Below are positions 52,309-61,848 of a stretch of 64,000 nucleotides of DNA, piece by piece (the first letter of the stretch is position 1; each line of letters opens with the position of its first letter). The DNA comes from an uncultured Alphaproteobacteria bacterium (GTDB lineage Bacteria > Pseudomonadota > Alphaproteobacteria > Acetobacterales > Acetobacteraceae). The stretch lies in assembly GCA_963709085.1 (NCBI GenBank), contig CAVPVB010000014.1, positions 13,094 through 77,093 on the forward strand, given 5' to 3'. The translations under genes and the position numbers were made by a program. The notes below the pieces were generated by a model. It had not been told where the DNA came from. It did not search any database and worked only from the letters and a program-made list of their open reading frames with translations.

Positions 52309-52467
52309 CGATCCGGCATCCCTCGGCGTCGCACAGCGCATCCTCGCCATCCCCGTAAAGAAAACGCACACCGAGATCACGCGGCATCTTTCCCGGAGCG
52401 AAGTTGACGCCCTTATCGACGCGCCGGATCAGCGGACACCACGTGGACGCCGCGACCGAACGTTGTT
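52309..52467 (+). pseudogene. Internal fragment of a tyrosine recombinase resembling RIT-element recombinases
   Basis: DPASLGVAQRILAIPVKK..HLSRSEVDALIDAPDQRTPRGRRDRTLL. Confidence 0.6.
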
Positions 52468-52904
52468 GCCCTGGTGCCTGGTCACCCCCGCCATCGACAA
52501 GCCGGCACGTGAGCTGATCAACCTCTACGCGAAGCGCTGGGGCATCGAATGCCAGTTCCGCGATAGCAAGGACATCCGTTTCGGTATGGGCATGAGCGAG
52601 GTCCACGTCAGCACCCCCGATCGCCGCGACCGGCTGTGGCTGATCAATGCCTTTGCAGTCGCCTTGCTGACCCTGCTTGGCGCCGCCGGGGAAGCGCTCG
52701 GCTTCGACCGGCTGCTCAAGTCCAACACCACCAAGCGGCGCACCCACTCGCTGCTGCGCCAGGGAATCATGCTCTTCCAACTCATCCCAACCATGCCGGA
52801 ACACCGGCTGCTGCCGCTGGTCGAAAAGTTCGCCGAGTTGCTGAACGCCCAGCCAGTCTTCGTCGAGATGTTCGGTGCGATTTGAAAATGAGGGGAGCCA
52901 TGAG
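52468..52904 (+). pseudogene. IS4 type A 3' fragment
   Basis: Essentially identical to 317-753 (PWCLVTPAIDK..VEMFGAI*). Confidence 0.85.
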
Positions 52905-52952
52905 GGCGGGCGCATCATTGGGTTGGTTCAGCTCTGGGTGGTCTCCCTCCCG

Positions 52953-52984
52953 TTGACGTCCATCCATAAGAAACTTAAGTTTCT
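52953..52984 (+). promoter_or_regulatory. Sigma70-like promoter with 16-bp operator palindrome
   Basis: TTGACG(52953)-17 bp-TAAGTT; perfect palindrome AGAAACTTAAGTTTCT at 52969-52984 covers the -10. Confidence 0.55.
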
Positions 52985-53008
52985 AATTGTCTAATGGGAG
53001 GCGGTGCC

Positions 53009-53353
53009 ATGGCTGGGGGAACTGTCGGAACACACCTCGACGAGGGCACGCTGGCTGCCCTTAAGGCGCTGGCAAGCACAGAGAATCGGCCGACCTCCCA
53101 AATTGTCGGGGTCGCCCTGAAGATAGCACTCGACCTCTCGCCTGGGGCCAGGCGGGCGTTGTTCGCGATCGACGGCATGGCCTCCGAGGACGAGCGTGCG
53201 TTCGCCATGAAGGCCATCGGGCGGTCGGCACTGAAGGCGTACGAGCGAATCCTGGACGCAAGGCGCCCGACGGGGAACCCGCCCTCGATCAACGTGGCGC
53301 TCGACACGGATGAAGCCATCGAGGCCGAAGCGGTGCGCTTGTGCCGCAGTTAG
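53009..53353 (+). CDS. Putative antitoxin, ribbon-helix-helix-like N-terminus
   Basis: GTVGTHLDEGTLAALKALASTENRPTSQIV pattern; overlaps the PIN gene by 13 nt; acidic C-terminus. Confidence 0.65.
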   Translation: MAGGTVGTHLDEGTLAALKALASTENRPTSQIVGVALKIALDLSPGARRALFAIDGMASEDERAFAMKAIGRSALKAYERILDARRPTGNPPSINVALDTDEAIEAEAVRLCRS

Positions 53354-54006
53354 CCGATCAGCGGGTTGTCCGGCTTGCCCTGGATATCAACGTCCTGGTT
53401 GCCGATGTCCTGGCTCAGCGAAAGGGGCGGCGCGGCACGGCATGCTCGATGCTGGTCGAAGCCGTCCGGGACGGAACATGTCCGGCCGGACCGGTCCAAC
53501 TCGTCACCTCGATCCCGATCATCGAGAACTACGCCAACGTGCTGCAACGGCATCTTGGATACTCGGGAGCCGAAGCCAGTGAAAAGGCATGGCTGCTGGA
53601 ACAGTATGCCATCGAGGGGCCGATGCCCGAACACCCCCGTGTCGTGGTCGGATCGCGCCATATTCCTTTCGAGACAGAGTCGGAGCTGCGGCAGGCGATC
53701 GAGAATTTTGCCGATCCGGCCAACGCCGCCAGGCTGTTCAATGAAGTGCAGGATGATCGCTACGTCCTGGAGACCGCCCTGGCTGGTCATGCGGACCTCC
53801 TGACCACAGCGGACGTCGGCGACTTTGCCAGGAGATCGGCGATTCACCTGGAACGCGACGACGTCGTGCTGTTTCCGTTTTCCGGCCGCACTCTTGTCAT
53901 CGCCACCCCGGCGTTTGCCGCGCATTGGCTTCGTCGCGGCGTGGTGCCGGACGCTGCATTTGTTGCTGACAATCCGGATGAGTTTCGCATCCGACAGGCG
54001 CGATGA
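53341..54006 (+). CDS. PIN-domain protein (putative toxin)
   Basis: RLALDINVLV, IIENY, DDRYVLETALAGHADLLTTAD match the PIN acidic active-site pattern. Confidence 0.8.
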   Translation: MPQLADQRVVRLALDINVLVADVLAQRKGRRGTACSMLVEAVRDGTCPAGPVQLVTSIPIIENYANVLQRHLGYSGAEASEKAWLLEQYAIEGPMPEHPRVVVGSRHIPFETESELRQAIENFADPANAARLFNEVQDDRYVLETALAGHADLLTTADVGDFARRSAIHLERDDVVLFPFSGRTLVIATPAFAAHWLRRGVVPDAAFVADNPDEFRIRQAR

Positions 54007-54058
54007 AATCTCCGCGCGCACCATGGGCTTCTGGCCCCCGCCCATGTGGCTTCAACAC

Positions 54059-54280
54059 CTTACCTTTACCCGCATCTAGAAAGATGCAATTTTATCATTA
54101 TGTTAGCCTAGCCATCTGTGCGCCGTAGCTGAGGGAAGCCCCTTGGAACGCAGGTGCAGCATACGCCCGCTTTCGCAACGGGCATTTGGAAAATCTGCCA
54201 TTTTCGGCGCTCGGCTGCGGATCGACATGATGTCGTTCTATAGTAGCGCAGGGCTTTGCCACGATGCGGGTAAAGGTAAG
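54059..54280. mobile_element. 222-bp MITE, second copy (opposite orientation)
   Basis: Reverse complement of 44858-45079; 10-bp TSD GCTTCAACAC. Confidence 0.92.
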
Positions 54281-54411
54281 GCTTCAACACCGGCCCGGCT
54301 GGCGCCGTTCGGCCGCTCTGGCGGTGGCACCGCCCGCGCGCGGGCGGCAGGGTTGTCACCCGTCATCTTCCGGCGGCGGCTCCGCCGTGGGAAGTGCTCC
54401 GGCCTGTCACC

Positions 54412-55618
54412 CAGGGGATTCGCATATGGGAAATCCTTGACGGTAGGGGCTTGCGTGGGCTGGGGCGGATGGATTCGAAGCATGGGATTGATCGGAGGAT
54501 CGGCCCATGGAGGATTTCGTCGGGTGCTTCGCGGGCGTTGACGACCCGCGCCGGCCGAATGCCCGCCACAACCTGCACGAGTTGCTGATCATCGCGCTTT
54601 GCACGGTGCTCTGCGGCGGCGAGGACTGCTCGGACATGGCGCTGTTCGGGCAGTCGAAGGAGCCATTCCTGCGGCAGTTCCTGCGCCTGAAGCACGGCAT
54701 CCCGAGCCACGACACGTTCAGCCGGGTGTTCCGTCTGCTCGATCCGAAGCGGTTCCACGCCGCCTTCCAGACCTTCATGCAGCGCTTTGCCGAGACCATC
54801 CAGGGCGTGGTAGCGATCGATGGCAAGACGCTGCGGCATTCCTTCGACCGCGCGTCGGGCAAGTCGCCGCTGCATTTGATCAGTGCCTGGGCTGCGGATC
54901 AGCGGTTGGTTCTCGGGCAACTGGCCGTGGACGGCAAGTCGAACGAGATCACGGCGGTACCGAAGCTGCTGGAAATGCTGTCGCTCAAGGGCTGCATCGT
55001 CACCGCGGATGCCATCAACTGCCAACGCGCCATTGCTGCGCAGGTGGTCGAACAAGGCGGCGACTACGTGCTGGCGCTGAAGGGTAACCAGCCCAGCCTC
55101 TACGAGGACGTCCGCCTCTTCCTGGACGACCCGCAGCGCGCGGCCGAGGTCACCCATACCACCGTTGACGGCGACCACGGCCGCATCGAGACCCGCACCA
55201 GCATGGTCTCGACCGAGATCGACTGGCTGCAGGAGCGCCATACCTGGCCGGGACTGGCCGCCATCGGCAAGGTGGTCCGCATGCGCGAAGTCGGCGCCAA
55301 GGTTACCAGCGAAACCGCCTACTATCTGCTCAGCACACCGCTCAACGCAGTGCGTTTCGGCGACGCTGTCCGCAGCCATTGGGGGGTTGAGAACGGTCTG
55401 CACTGGGTGCTCAACGTCACCATGAACGAGGACCAGACCCGGAACCGCTTGGATAACGGGCCGGAGAACATCGCCCTATTGCGCCGTATGGCCATCAACC
55501 TGGCCAAGCTCGAAGGCTCCAAGGCGTCAATGAAGAGCAAGCTCAAGCGAGCAGGCTGGGACGACAGCTTCCTCCTACGCCTGCTCACCCAGGCCGGGCG
55601 CCAAATGCGATAGCCCTG
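54412..55618 (+). mobile_element. ISAs1-family element (type 2); transposase 54507-55613
   Basis: TSD CCTGTCACC; one visible amino-acid difference from the copy at 42041 (LDVT/LNVT). Confidence 0.95.
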
Positions 55619-55641
55619 CCTGTCACCCGAGGAGCGCGCGC

Positions 55642-56043
55642 ATGGCTTCCCCCAACGCGGCGGATTACACTTACTTTGCACCGAACTACGACCCGCAGAA
55701 GGGCCTGGATGCGTGCCGTCGGCTTGCCGCTGCCTTCGCGGGCGGCCGCGACCCGCGGACCGAGGACATCCAGGCCGCCATGGCGACCGCGACGGCGGCT
55801 TTCCCTGGCCTCCAGGATTTCGTTGATGATCTGGCCGACCGCGATCGCGACCCGGAGGATGCCATGCTGGACACGAGCCGGATCGGCGCGGAGCATCAGG
55901 GGGCGGTGCTGGCGGCGGCGGCGAAGCTGGCTCTGGTGGGCGCGATGGCCGAAGCGGCGGAACGCTTCGACTGGCACGACGTGGTGGACTGCGCGCGGTT
56001 CTGCGCGGATGCGCTGGCTCCCCCGGCGATCGGTGCTCCCTGA
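55642..56043 (+). CDS. Hypothetical protein (133 aa)
   Basis: GAGGAG RBS, GC3-rich codons, convergent with the recombinase; no recognised domain. Confidence 0.55.
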   Translation: MASPNAADYTYFAPNYDPQKGLDACRRLAAAFAGGRDPRTEDIQAAMATATAAFPGLQDFVDDLADRDRDPEDAMLDTSRIGAEHQGAVLAAAAKLALVGAMAEAAERFDWHDVVDCARFCADALAPPAIGAP

Positions 56044-56164
56044 CCGCGCCGTCGGTGGACCACAACCGTTGCCCGTTGCGTTATTGAACGCCGCCGGAGG
56101 ATATCTGGCACAGCCGAAGCAAGGCGACCTCCTGCCCCACGCCTTCTGCCCGACGGGCAAGGGG

Positions 56165-57136
56165 CTACAGGAACCCGCTCCCCGCATGGTCGCGGTAGAC
56201 CTGGGCATCGCGCACGTAGCCGGCGAGCACCTGGAGGGACCTGTGCCGCGAGATCTCCTGGATTTTGAAGATGCTGGCGCCCGTCCGCGCGGCGCTGGTG
56301 ATGAAGCCTGCCCGCAGCGAATGGCCGCCGAACAGCGCCGGGTCGTAGCCGGCGGCCTTGGCGACGGCCTGGACCAGCCGGGCGACGGCGCGGTCGTTCA
56401 TCGGCTCGTCCGTCACTTGGCCTGCCCGCCTGATCCGGCGGAACACGTAGCCCTCGGCCACCCGGGAGACGGCCAGCCAGGCGTTCAGCGCGGCCACCGG
56501 ACGCAGACGGTCGCCGTGTGGGATAGCCACCACCGCCCCCTCGCCTTCCTGGTCGGCCTTCGATCGCCGGATCACCACCCGGATGCCTTCGGCATCGCGG
56601 CGGATATCCTCGACACGGAGGGCGACCAGCTCCGAGCGCCGGAACGCGCCGGCAAAGCCGATGGCGAGCACCGCGCGCGCCCGCACGGCGCGCAGCCGGT
56701 CACCGGCGCAGGCGCGCAGCATGTCGCGCAGCACATCGGCATCGGCCGCCGCTTTTTGTGCCGGCGGCACGGCGCGCGATCGCCGGATGCCGGCCATGAC
56801 CTCGGCGATCGCCCCGCCACCGTCGGCGTGCTGCGGCGGCGTGTGCCCGGCGAGCTTGTGCACCCAGCCGATGGCGGCCAGCCGGCGGGTAATGGTGGAC
56901 GGCGCGCGTCCGGCCTCGGCCTCGCCGGCGCAGAACCGCGCCACCGCCACCGGATCAGCGGGAAGCGACCGCTCCCCGCACGCGGCGCACCAAGTTTGAA
57001 AGCGTTTCCAGTCGGCGTCGTAAATCAGCCGGGTGGAAGCGGCGTGGCTGGCGGCGGCATAGCCACGCACGGCGTCCGCCTCCTGGCCCAACGCCCCCGG
57101 AATGCCGCCCGCCGCGGCCGGCACGATGTCGTCCAT
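56165..57136 (-). CDS. Tyrosine recombinase (plasmid resolvase/integrase type)
   Basis: YDADWKRFQTWC, FAGAFRRSEL (R), IRRSKADQ (K), HSLRAGF (HxxR), SRH, LAGY (Y). Confidence 0.92.
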   Translation of the reverse strand: MDDIVPAAAGGIPGALGQEADAVRGYAAASHAASTRLIYDADWKRFQTWCAACGERSLPADPVAVARFCAGEAEAGRAPSTITRRLAAIGWVHKLAGHTPPQHADGGGAIAEVMAGIRRSRAVPPAQKAAADADVLRDMLRACAGDRLRAVRARAVLAIGFAGAFRRSELVALRVEDIRRDAEGIRVVIRRSKADQEGEGAVVAIPHGDRLRPVAALNAWLAVSRVAEGYVFRRIRRAGQVTDEPMNDRAVARLVQAVAKAAGYDPALFGGHSLRAGFITSAARTGASIFKIQEISRHRSLQVLAGYVRDAQVYRDHAGSGFL

Positions 57137-57215
57137 CTCTCCCCTCCCCCGCTGCCGTCCCTGCCCCGCCCGTCGGCGCGTGAAACCGCCGCAGCATCGC
57201 CTGCCGCTCGCATTC

Positions 57216-57308
57216 TGTCCGAGAATATCTACTATGTCCGAGAATATTGCATTCGTCCGGGAACTTGGCTTCTCGGACGGAATTTGGCGTGTCCGGATTC
57301 CGGACGAA
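57216..57308. promoter_or_regulatory. Candidate recombination (res-like) or operator site upstream of the recombinase
   Basis: TGTCCGAGAATAT direct repeats (57216, 57235); TTCGTCCGG (57252) and CCGGACGAA (57300) inverted. Confidence 0.5.
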
Positions 57309-57463
57309 AACCCTTATCACGCCTTAGGTAGTGCTGCCCCAATTGGGCGCAGGGCGCGGAAATCCGCCATCCGCCCCCCTGATCGTGTAGCCTGAAGATC
57401 ATTCGAAAAGTTGCTGCAAGGCCGAGCGATGCCGGGGGCAGCCAAGCCGCGATGCGGCGCAGG

Positions 57464-57833
57464 TCACGCCGCCGTAGCCGCCTTCGGGCTCGGATCGATA
57501 CCCAGCTCGCGCCGAACATGGCCGAACCGGACCGGATCGGCGACGCGGGTGTCTGCCATCAATTCGCGCAGAGCGGCCAGGCCCGCCTCCGTGAAGAACA
57601 GCCGCGGCAGCCGTTGCGTGGTATCGAGCCGCATCAGCCCGCGCTCAAGCAACCCTTCTGCGGTCGCCGGGATCTTCGGCTGACCGGCCTGCGTGCCGCC
57701 GCGCCAGAGCTTGAGAGAGAACCCCTCTGCGACGCTCGGAAGCGTCGAAAAGTACCTGGTCCAGTTCGCGCCTGATGAAGTCGCGCTCGCCTGGCGTGAA
57801 CCCGGCGATTGTGCGTGTCTGCGTCTTGCCCAT
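57464..57833 (-). pseudogene. Hypothetical protein with frameshift near 57755
   Basis: MGKTQTR..ERDFIRRELDQ / FSTLPSVAEGFSLKLWRGG..GQPKIP..LLERGLMRLD..PRLFFTEAGLAALR; two track ORFs join into one coherent sequence. Confidence 0.6.
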
Positions 57834-58083
57834 GGCTTTGATCATAGCACTGGCCGGGCGGCCGGGCAGCTCACGTCGAGGACGCCCAAGGGCTGCGACC
57901 TATCGCCTTCCCGGCGATGCCGAGGACGACATCAACCGCATCCTGCTTCAGGCGCCGGGCAGTGGGGCTTCGCGCCGCCGAGCGATATGATCTGGTGGTT
58001 CAGACCCATCAGAACGCAGATGGATGATATCTATTAGATAGCCGCCAGCTAGCGGCCGATCCAAAGACTCGCTGCCAGCGAAT

Positions 58084-58530
58084 TCACTGGCTTGTTATTG
58101 TCTGCCTCCTCTCGAGCATGGCGTCCAACAGGGCTTCCGGGGTTACTCCCTCGGCACGGGACGCTTCCAGCAGTTTCCGCCATGCTGCCAGCGCATCTTC
58201 CATCACTTCGCAGAGCATCTGTCCACGCTCTGCTGCAACCTCCCGCACACCCTGGTCATAGGCAGGCGTCACCCTCGTAGCGAACTGTACCGCCCTTCCT
58301 GTCCGTCGAAGACTGCGCCCGTCAACACGGGTGTAGGTGTCGACAGCGCGAGGGAGCGTGCGGGTCCGGACCTGCTGTGCCGGTTCGGAAACCGGCGCGA
58401 CAACCGCAGGCCCGGGAAGTGGCGGTACCACTTCGCGTTGTGGGGCCGGTTCTTGGATTTGTGGCGCGTCGTCCACTGGGGGTTCGCCTAGGCGACGACG
58501 GCCGCCACGTAGCTTGCTGATGTCGGCCAT
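58084..58530 (-). CDS. Small partition partner protein (putative centromere-binding adaptor)
   Basis: Coupled to parA (TAATG overlap); Pro-rich flexible N-terminus, then DGRSLRRTGRAVQFATRV plus two helices (RHH-like). Confidence 0.7.
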   Translation of the reverse strand: MADISKLRGGRRRLGEPPVDDAPQIQEPAPQREVVPPLPGPAVVAPVSEPAQQVRTRTLPRAVDTYTRVDGRSLRRTGRAVQFATRVTPAYDQGVREVAAERGQMLCEVMEDALAAWRKLLEASRAEGVTPEALLDAMLERRQTITSQ

Positions 58531-59168
58531 TATGCGCCCTCCCCTTCTGGAATTGCGTCGATAACAGCCTGGACGACCTCTTCAGCAGCAACTTTCAAGC
58601 TTTTGATGCGAACCTCTACCAGTGCCCGCCCTGTGTCCTGGGCCGCCCGGTATGCTGCGCGCTCCGGCAAGTACCCGGCCGACACCGCGTATCCGGCGTC
58701 CGTAAGGTAATCGCGGGCTGCCCGCGCCTCAGCATCTGTGGAGATCCGCGAAAGAACGTAGAGCAGCCTGGATGATGGCACACCCCGCTTGACGAGCGCA
58801 TTGAACACTCTAACAGCTGGACGCAGGTCGTCTAACGAAGCGCCGGTTGGTTGTACCACAAGGTCAGCAGCGCGCGCGATTTCCAGGGTCTCCGCATCGG
58901 CCTTAGCCGGCCCGTCGAAGATCAAGACATCGGTACCGTTTGCAGCGGTTATTGCCTCGCCAGGCGACTTGTGCAGTTGGACGGCAACTTCCGGGGTCAG
59001 ACCAGAGCGCATGCGGTCCTTATGCCAGTCGACAGTCGATCCCTGGCCGATGTCTAAGTCCGCGATTTTAACCGAAAGACCGCCCGCCGCTGCGGTAACC
59101 GCAATGGCGCGGGCTAGCGAAGATTTCGACACGCCGCCTTTTTGCGAGACGAGACCAATTGTCGCCAC
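58530..59168 (-). CDS. parA: ParA-family partition ATPase (short type Ib)
   Basis: SQKGGVSKS, ADLDIGQGS, IFDGPA, VVQPTGASLDDL, ERAAYR. Confidence 0.92.
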   Translation of the reverse strand: MATIGLVSQKGGVSKSSLARAIAVTAAAGGLSVKIADLDIGQGSTVDWHKDRMRSGLTPEVAVQLHKSPGEAITAANGTDVLIFDGPAKADAETLEIARAADLVVQPTGASLDDLRPAVRVFNALVKRGVPSSRLLYVLSRISTDAEARAARDYLTDAGYAVSAGYLPERAAYRAAQDTGRALVEVRIKSLKVAAEEVVQAVIDAIPEGEGA

Positions 59169-59174
59169 CTGTTA

Positions 59175-59640
59175 GCCCTCCGCTGCCTAGCGGCTTTGTA
59201 GATGTAATTTGTAATATTGTCAACAGCAGTTGGCCAGCCTGTCGCTAGCTAGCAGCTAACTGTAAGTTGCAGGAAATCTTCCCGGCCGCGATGGTTACCG
59301 TGCCGCGTAGCTAATAGTTATACGCTAGGTTGCTGCTAGCTATTAAAAAGCTATTAGTCTACAAAAGGCACTGCCACCATACCTCAAGGTAGCGGCTATC
59401 AAGCCGCTGTGTGGCGGCTATCTATGAGCTTTCTAAAAGTGCGCGGATGACGGCGGCTTGATAGGCGTTCGGTGAATTTGAATCCCGTTAGGCGCTGGCT
59501 GGCCGCTAGCACGCTGCTAGCTTATAGCTATGAATTCCAAAGGCTTATCGCCGCATTAGATTGGTCGGTATGTATCTAGTAGAAAGCTGATAGATACCGG
59601 CTATCTTCTTGCGTGCGGCATTTCCGCAATGCCAGCACCG
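59175..59640. repeat. AT-richer region with GCTA/TAGC short repeats upstream of parA (candidate centromere/promoter)
   Basis: Eight CTAG by manual count, plus many GCTAT/ATAGC/GCTAA variants, in ~450 bp. Confidence 0.5.
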
Positions 59641-59645
59641 AATTA

Positions 59646-60419
59646 TTGACCCGGCCTGGGCGGTCTTGGAGCGAGGAGGATGGCTACCCAGATATGCGGC
59701 ATGCAACACATCGACATGCGGAGTTTGGCGCCAGCGGCGCAAGAGGAGCGGCGACGGCAGGTGGTTGGCTTGCGTGAGAGCGGGGTGACCTACAAGGCGA
59801 TTGGCCAGGTGGTCGGGCTCACCAGGAACGGGGTGTTCGACATCTGCAAGCGCTACCGGAGGCAGGGGATGGAGGGGTTACAGAGCGGCCCGCGCGGCCC
59901 GGCGCCGGGCACGGGTCGGCTGCTCACGGCGGCGCAGGAGGCGGAGATTCGCCAGTTGATTTGCGACGACACGCCGGATGGGTATGGCCTGCCGTTTGCG
60001 CTGTGGAGCCGCCGCGCGGTGGCGATGCTGATCGAGCAACACTGCGGCGTGTGTCTGGCGGTGCGCACGATGGGAACCTACCTGGCGCGCTGGAACTCCA
60101 CGCCGCAGAAGCCGCTGCGGCGTACCTACGAGCAAGGACCCTGACGAGGTGCGGCACTGGCTGGCCGGACATACCGCGCAGATCGAAGTGTTCTACCTGC
60201 CGGCCTACAGTCCGGAACTCAACCCGGACGAGGGCATCAACGGTGATCTGAAGCAGGCCGCTACGCGCAAGCCGCCGGCCCGCAGCTCTCAGGAACTGAA
60301 GCGCAACGTCATCAGCCACATGCGCAAGCTCTCGAAGTCGCCGAGGCGCATCCGCAGCTTATTCCGGCACCCGACGTTCCGCCACGCGGCATGACTCAAG
60401 TACACCAAAGCCGGGTCAA
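59646..60419 (+). mobile_element. IS630-family element with internal deletion (transposase remnants 59701-60144, ~60149-60394)
   Basis: IRs TTGACCCGGC / GCCGGGTCAA with TA TSD; WSRRAV..TPQKPLRRTYEQ; FYLPAYSPELNPDEG; central DDE region missing. Confidence 0.85.
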
Positions 60420-60669
60420 TAGGTGGGTGTCAGCTAGCTGCTGGATAGCTTATAGAGAGTGGGGGGTTTCTGCTTGGCCTGTGGAATCGAGTGATTTCCT
60501 GCTTATCAATCAATTAACTCGCCAATGACCATTGATCGGAAAGCGCAATTTGGTCACGATCGGTCCAGCCTGCTGGACCCGATTGTCGTGCCGCTCACGG
60601 CTGGCCCGCAGAAATTAGCCACTTGTGTCGGGTTGCTTGGTTGATAAGCGAAAAGTGATTGGGATAAGT

Positions 60670-61593
60670 TTAACGAGATATAACCAGTCTCGGGGCCACT
60701 GGGGGACGTGACGGCTTTAGGATCACGCCAACAGGCGTAATGTCAATTCCAGCAGCTGGATAGACAGCGGTTGCCATAGCAAGAGTGCCAGTAAATTTAT
60801 GTTTGAAGTGAGCGAGCTTCGTGAAACCAGTTCCAAACTGACCTTTAAGCGCAGCCCATGTGACAAGCTTGTTCGATGAAAGTGAGTGGAGCCGATAGGC
60901 TAACCACAAGTACACATCCAGAGCAGGGGCATTGTTCGAAAGGGCTCTTATAGCTGCGTCTTCGAGCGGAACGGGGTGGCGCTTAAGTTGTTCAAAGAAG
61001 CCCTCGCTGAGCTTCGCTGTTTCGAGGTTCAGGCGTCCCTGTGAGCTACAGCCGTCATCAATGAAGATTGCGCGGTCAACTATATTTTGGTTCACTAATC
61101 CTTCGCCGCTAGTGCCACGAAAGTGAAAAGTCAGTCGGCATCTTGAAATACGCTCGGCTTGATCTCGGACACTACGTCCCGTCATTCCACCAACAGAAAT
61201 TCCAAGCTTTCCAAGCCACTCCCGAAGTGACCCACCAAGCTCGACTTCTCTGCGGCCTGTGCGTAGTGCTTCGGTTTGTAAGAATAGTAAGATCAGGCGG
61301 GCGTGGCTGCCGTATGGGACTCCAACGAATTCAACTTCGTCGTCGTCGCCAATTGGACGTCGGCCTGGCTCTACCATTAGGCGAACACGTTCGGATGAAA
61401 TGCCCCAATGAGCGTCGGGAGCTAGTTTTTTGTGGGGTAGGGCGCATTGCGCCCATCCGGAGAACGCGAAACCCAGGCCGGTATCTTCTTCAGAAAGGTA
61501 CTGCGCGGCCGCCTCAACGACAGCACGATTGATACCGGCTTCCAAAGCCGCCTTCTTGCCTTGTGCTTCTAGAAGCTCGTGGACGACCGCCAT
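60670..61593 (-). CDS. repA: Plasmid replication initiator, RepA_C-type
   Basis: FAFSGWAQCALPH, GVPYGSHARLILLFLQTEAL, LSEGFFEQLKRHPVPL, ALDVYLWLAYRL; start placed at MAVVHEL because the longer frame overlaps the iterons. Confidence 0.88.
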   Translation of the reverse strand: MAVVHELLEAQGKKAALEAGINRAVVEAAAQYLSEEDTGLGFAFSGWAQCALPHKKLAPDAHWGISSERVRLMVEPGRRPIGDDDEVEFVGVPYGSHARLILLFLQTEALRTGRREVELGGSLREWLGKLGISVGGMTGRSVRDQAERISRCRLTFHFRGTSGEGLVNQNIVDRAIFIDDGCSSQGRLNLETAKLSEGFFEQLKRHPVPLEDAAIRALSNNAPALDVYLWLAYRLHSLSSNKLVTWAALKGQFGTGFTKLAHFKHKFTGTLAMATAVYPAAGIDITPVGVILKPSRPPVAPRLVISR

Positions 61594-61645
61594 CGCCGTT
61601 CTCCATTCGTGTTGGATGTTGGCCGATTTGGCTGGGGTTGTCGCT

Positions 61646-61848
61646 GTGGAATCGAGTGATCGGGCTATTAGTGAAGCTATTTGAGTATCTACTATTAAAT
61701 TCATCACCCAATTCCACGGGATAACCCTGCAACACATTGATTCGTAGCGGACGGCGATCACCCAATTCCACACTTCGGTCACTCAATTCCACAGTCGGCC
61801 TGTGGGCAGCTGGGCTTGGGGAAGGGAAGGACGATCACTCGATTCCAC
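61646..61848. repeat. Iteron-like 15-bp repeats, consensus RTCACYCRATTCCAC
   Basis: Direct copies at 61703, 61757, 61778, 61834; inverted copy at 61646; a further inverted copy at 60481 downstream of repA. Confidence 0.8.

Noticed and set aside
52292-52885. 197-aa integrase-transposase fusion
   Set aside because: Chimera of an IS4 IR, a recombinase fragment and an IS4 3' fragment; the start codon lies inside an IR.
61594-61782. N-terminal extension of RepA to 370 aa
   Set aside because: Overlaps the iteron array and AT-rich spacer; the downstream ATG at 61593 is more plausible.
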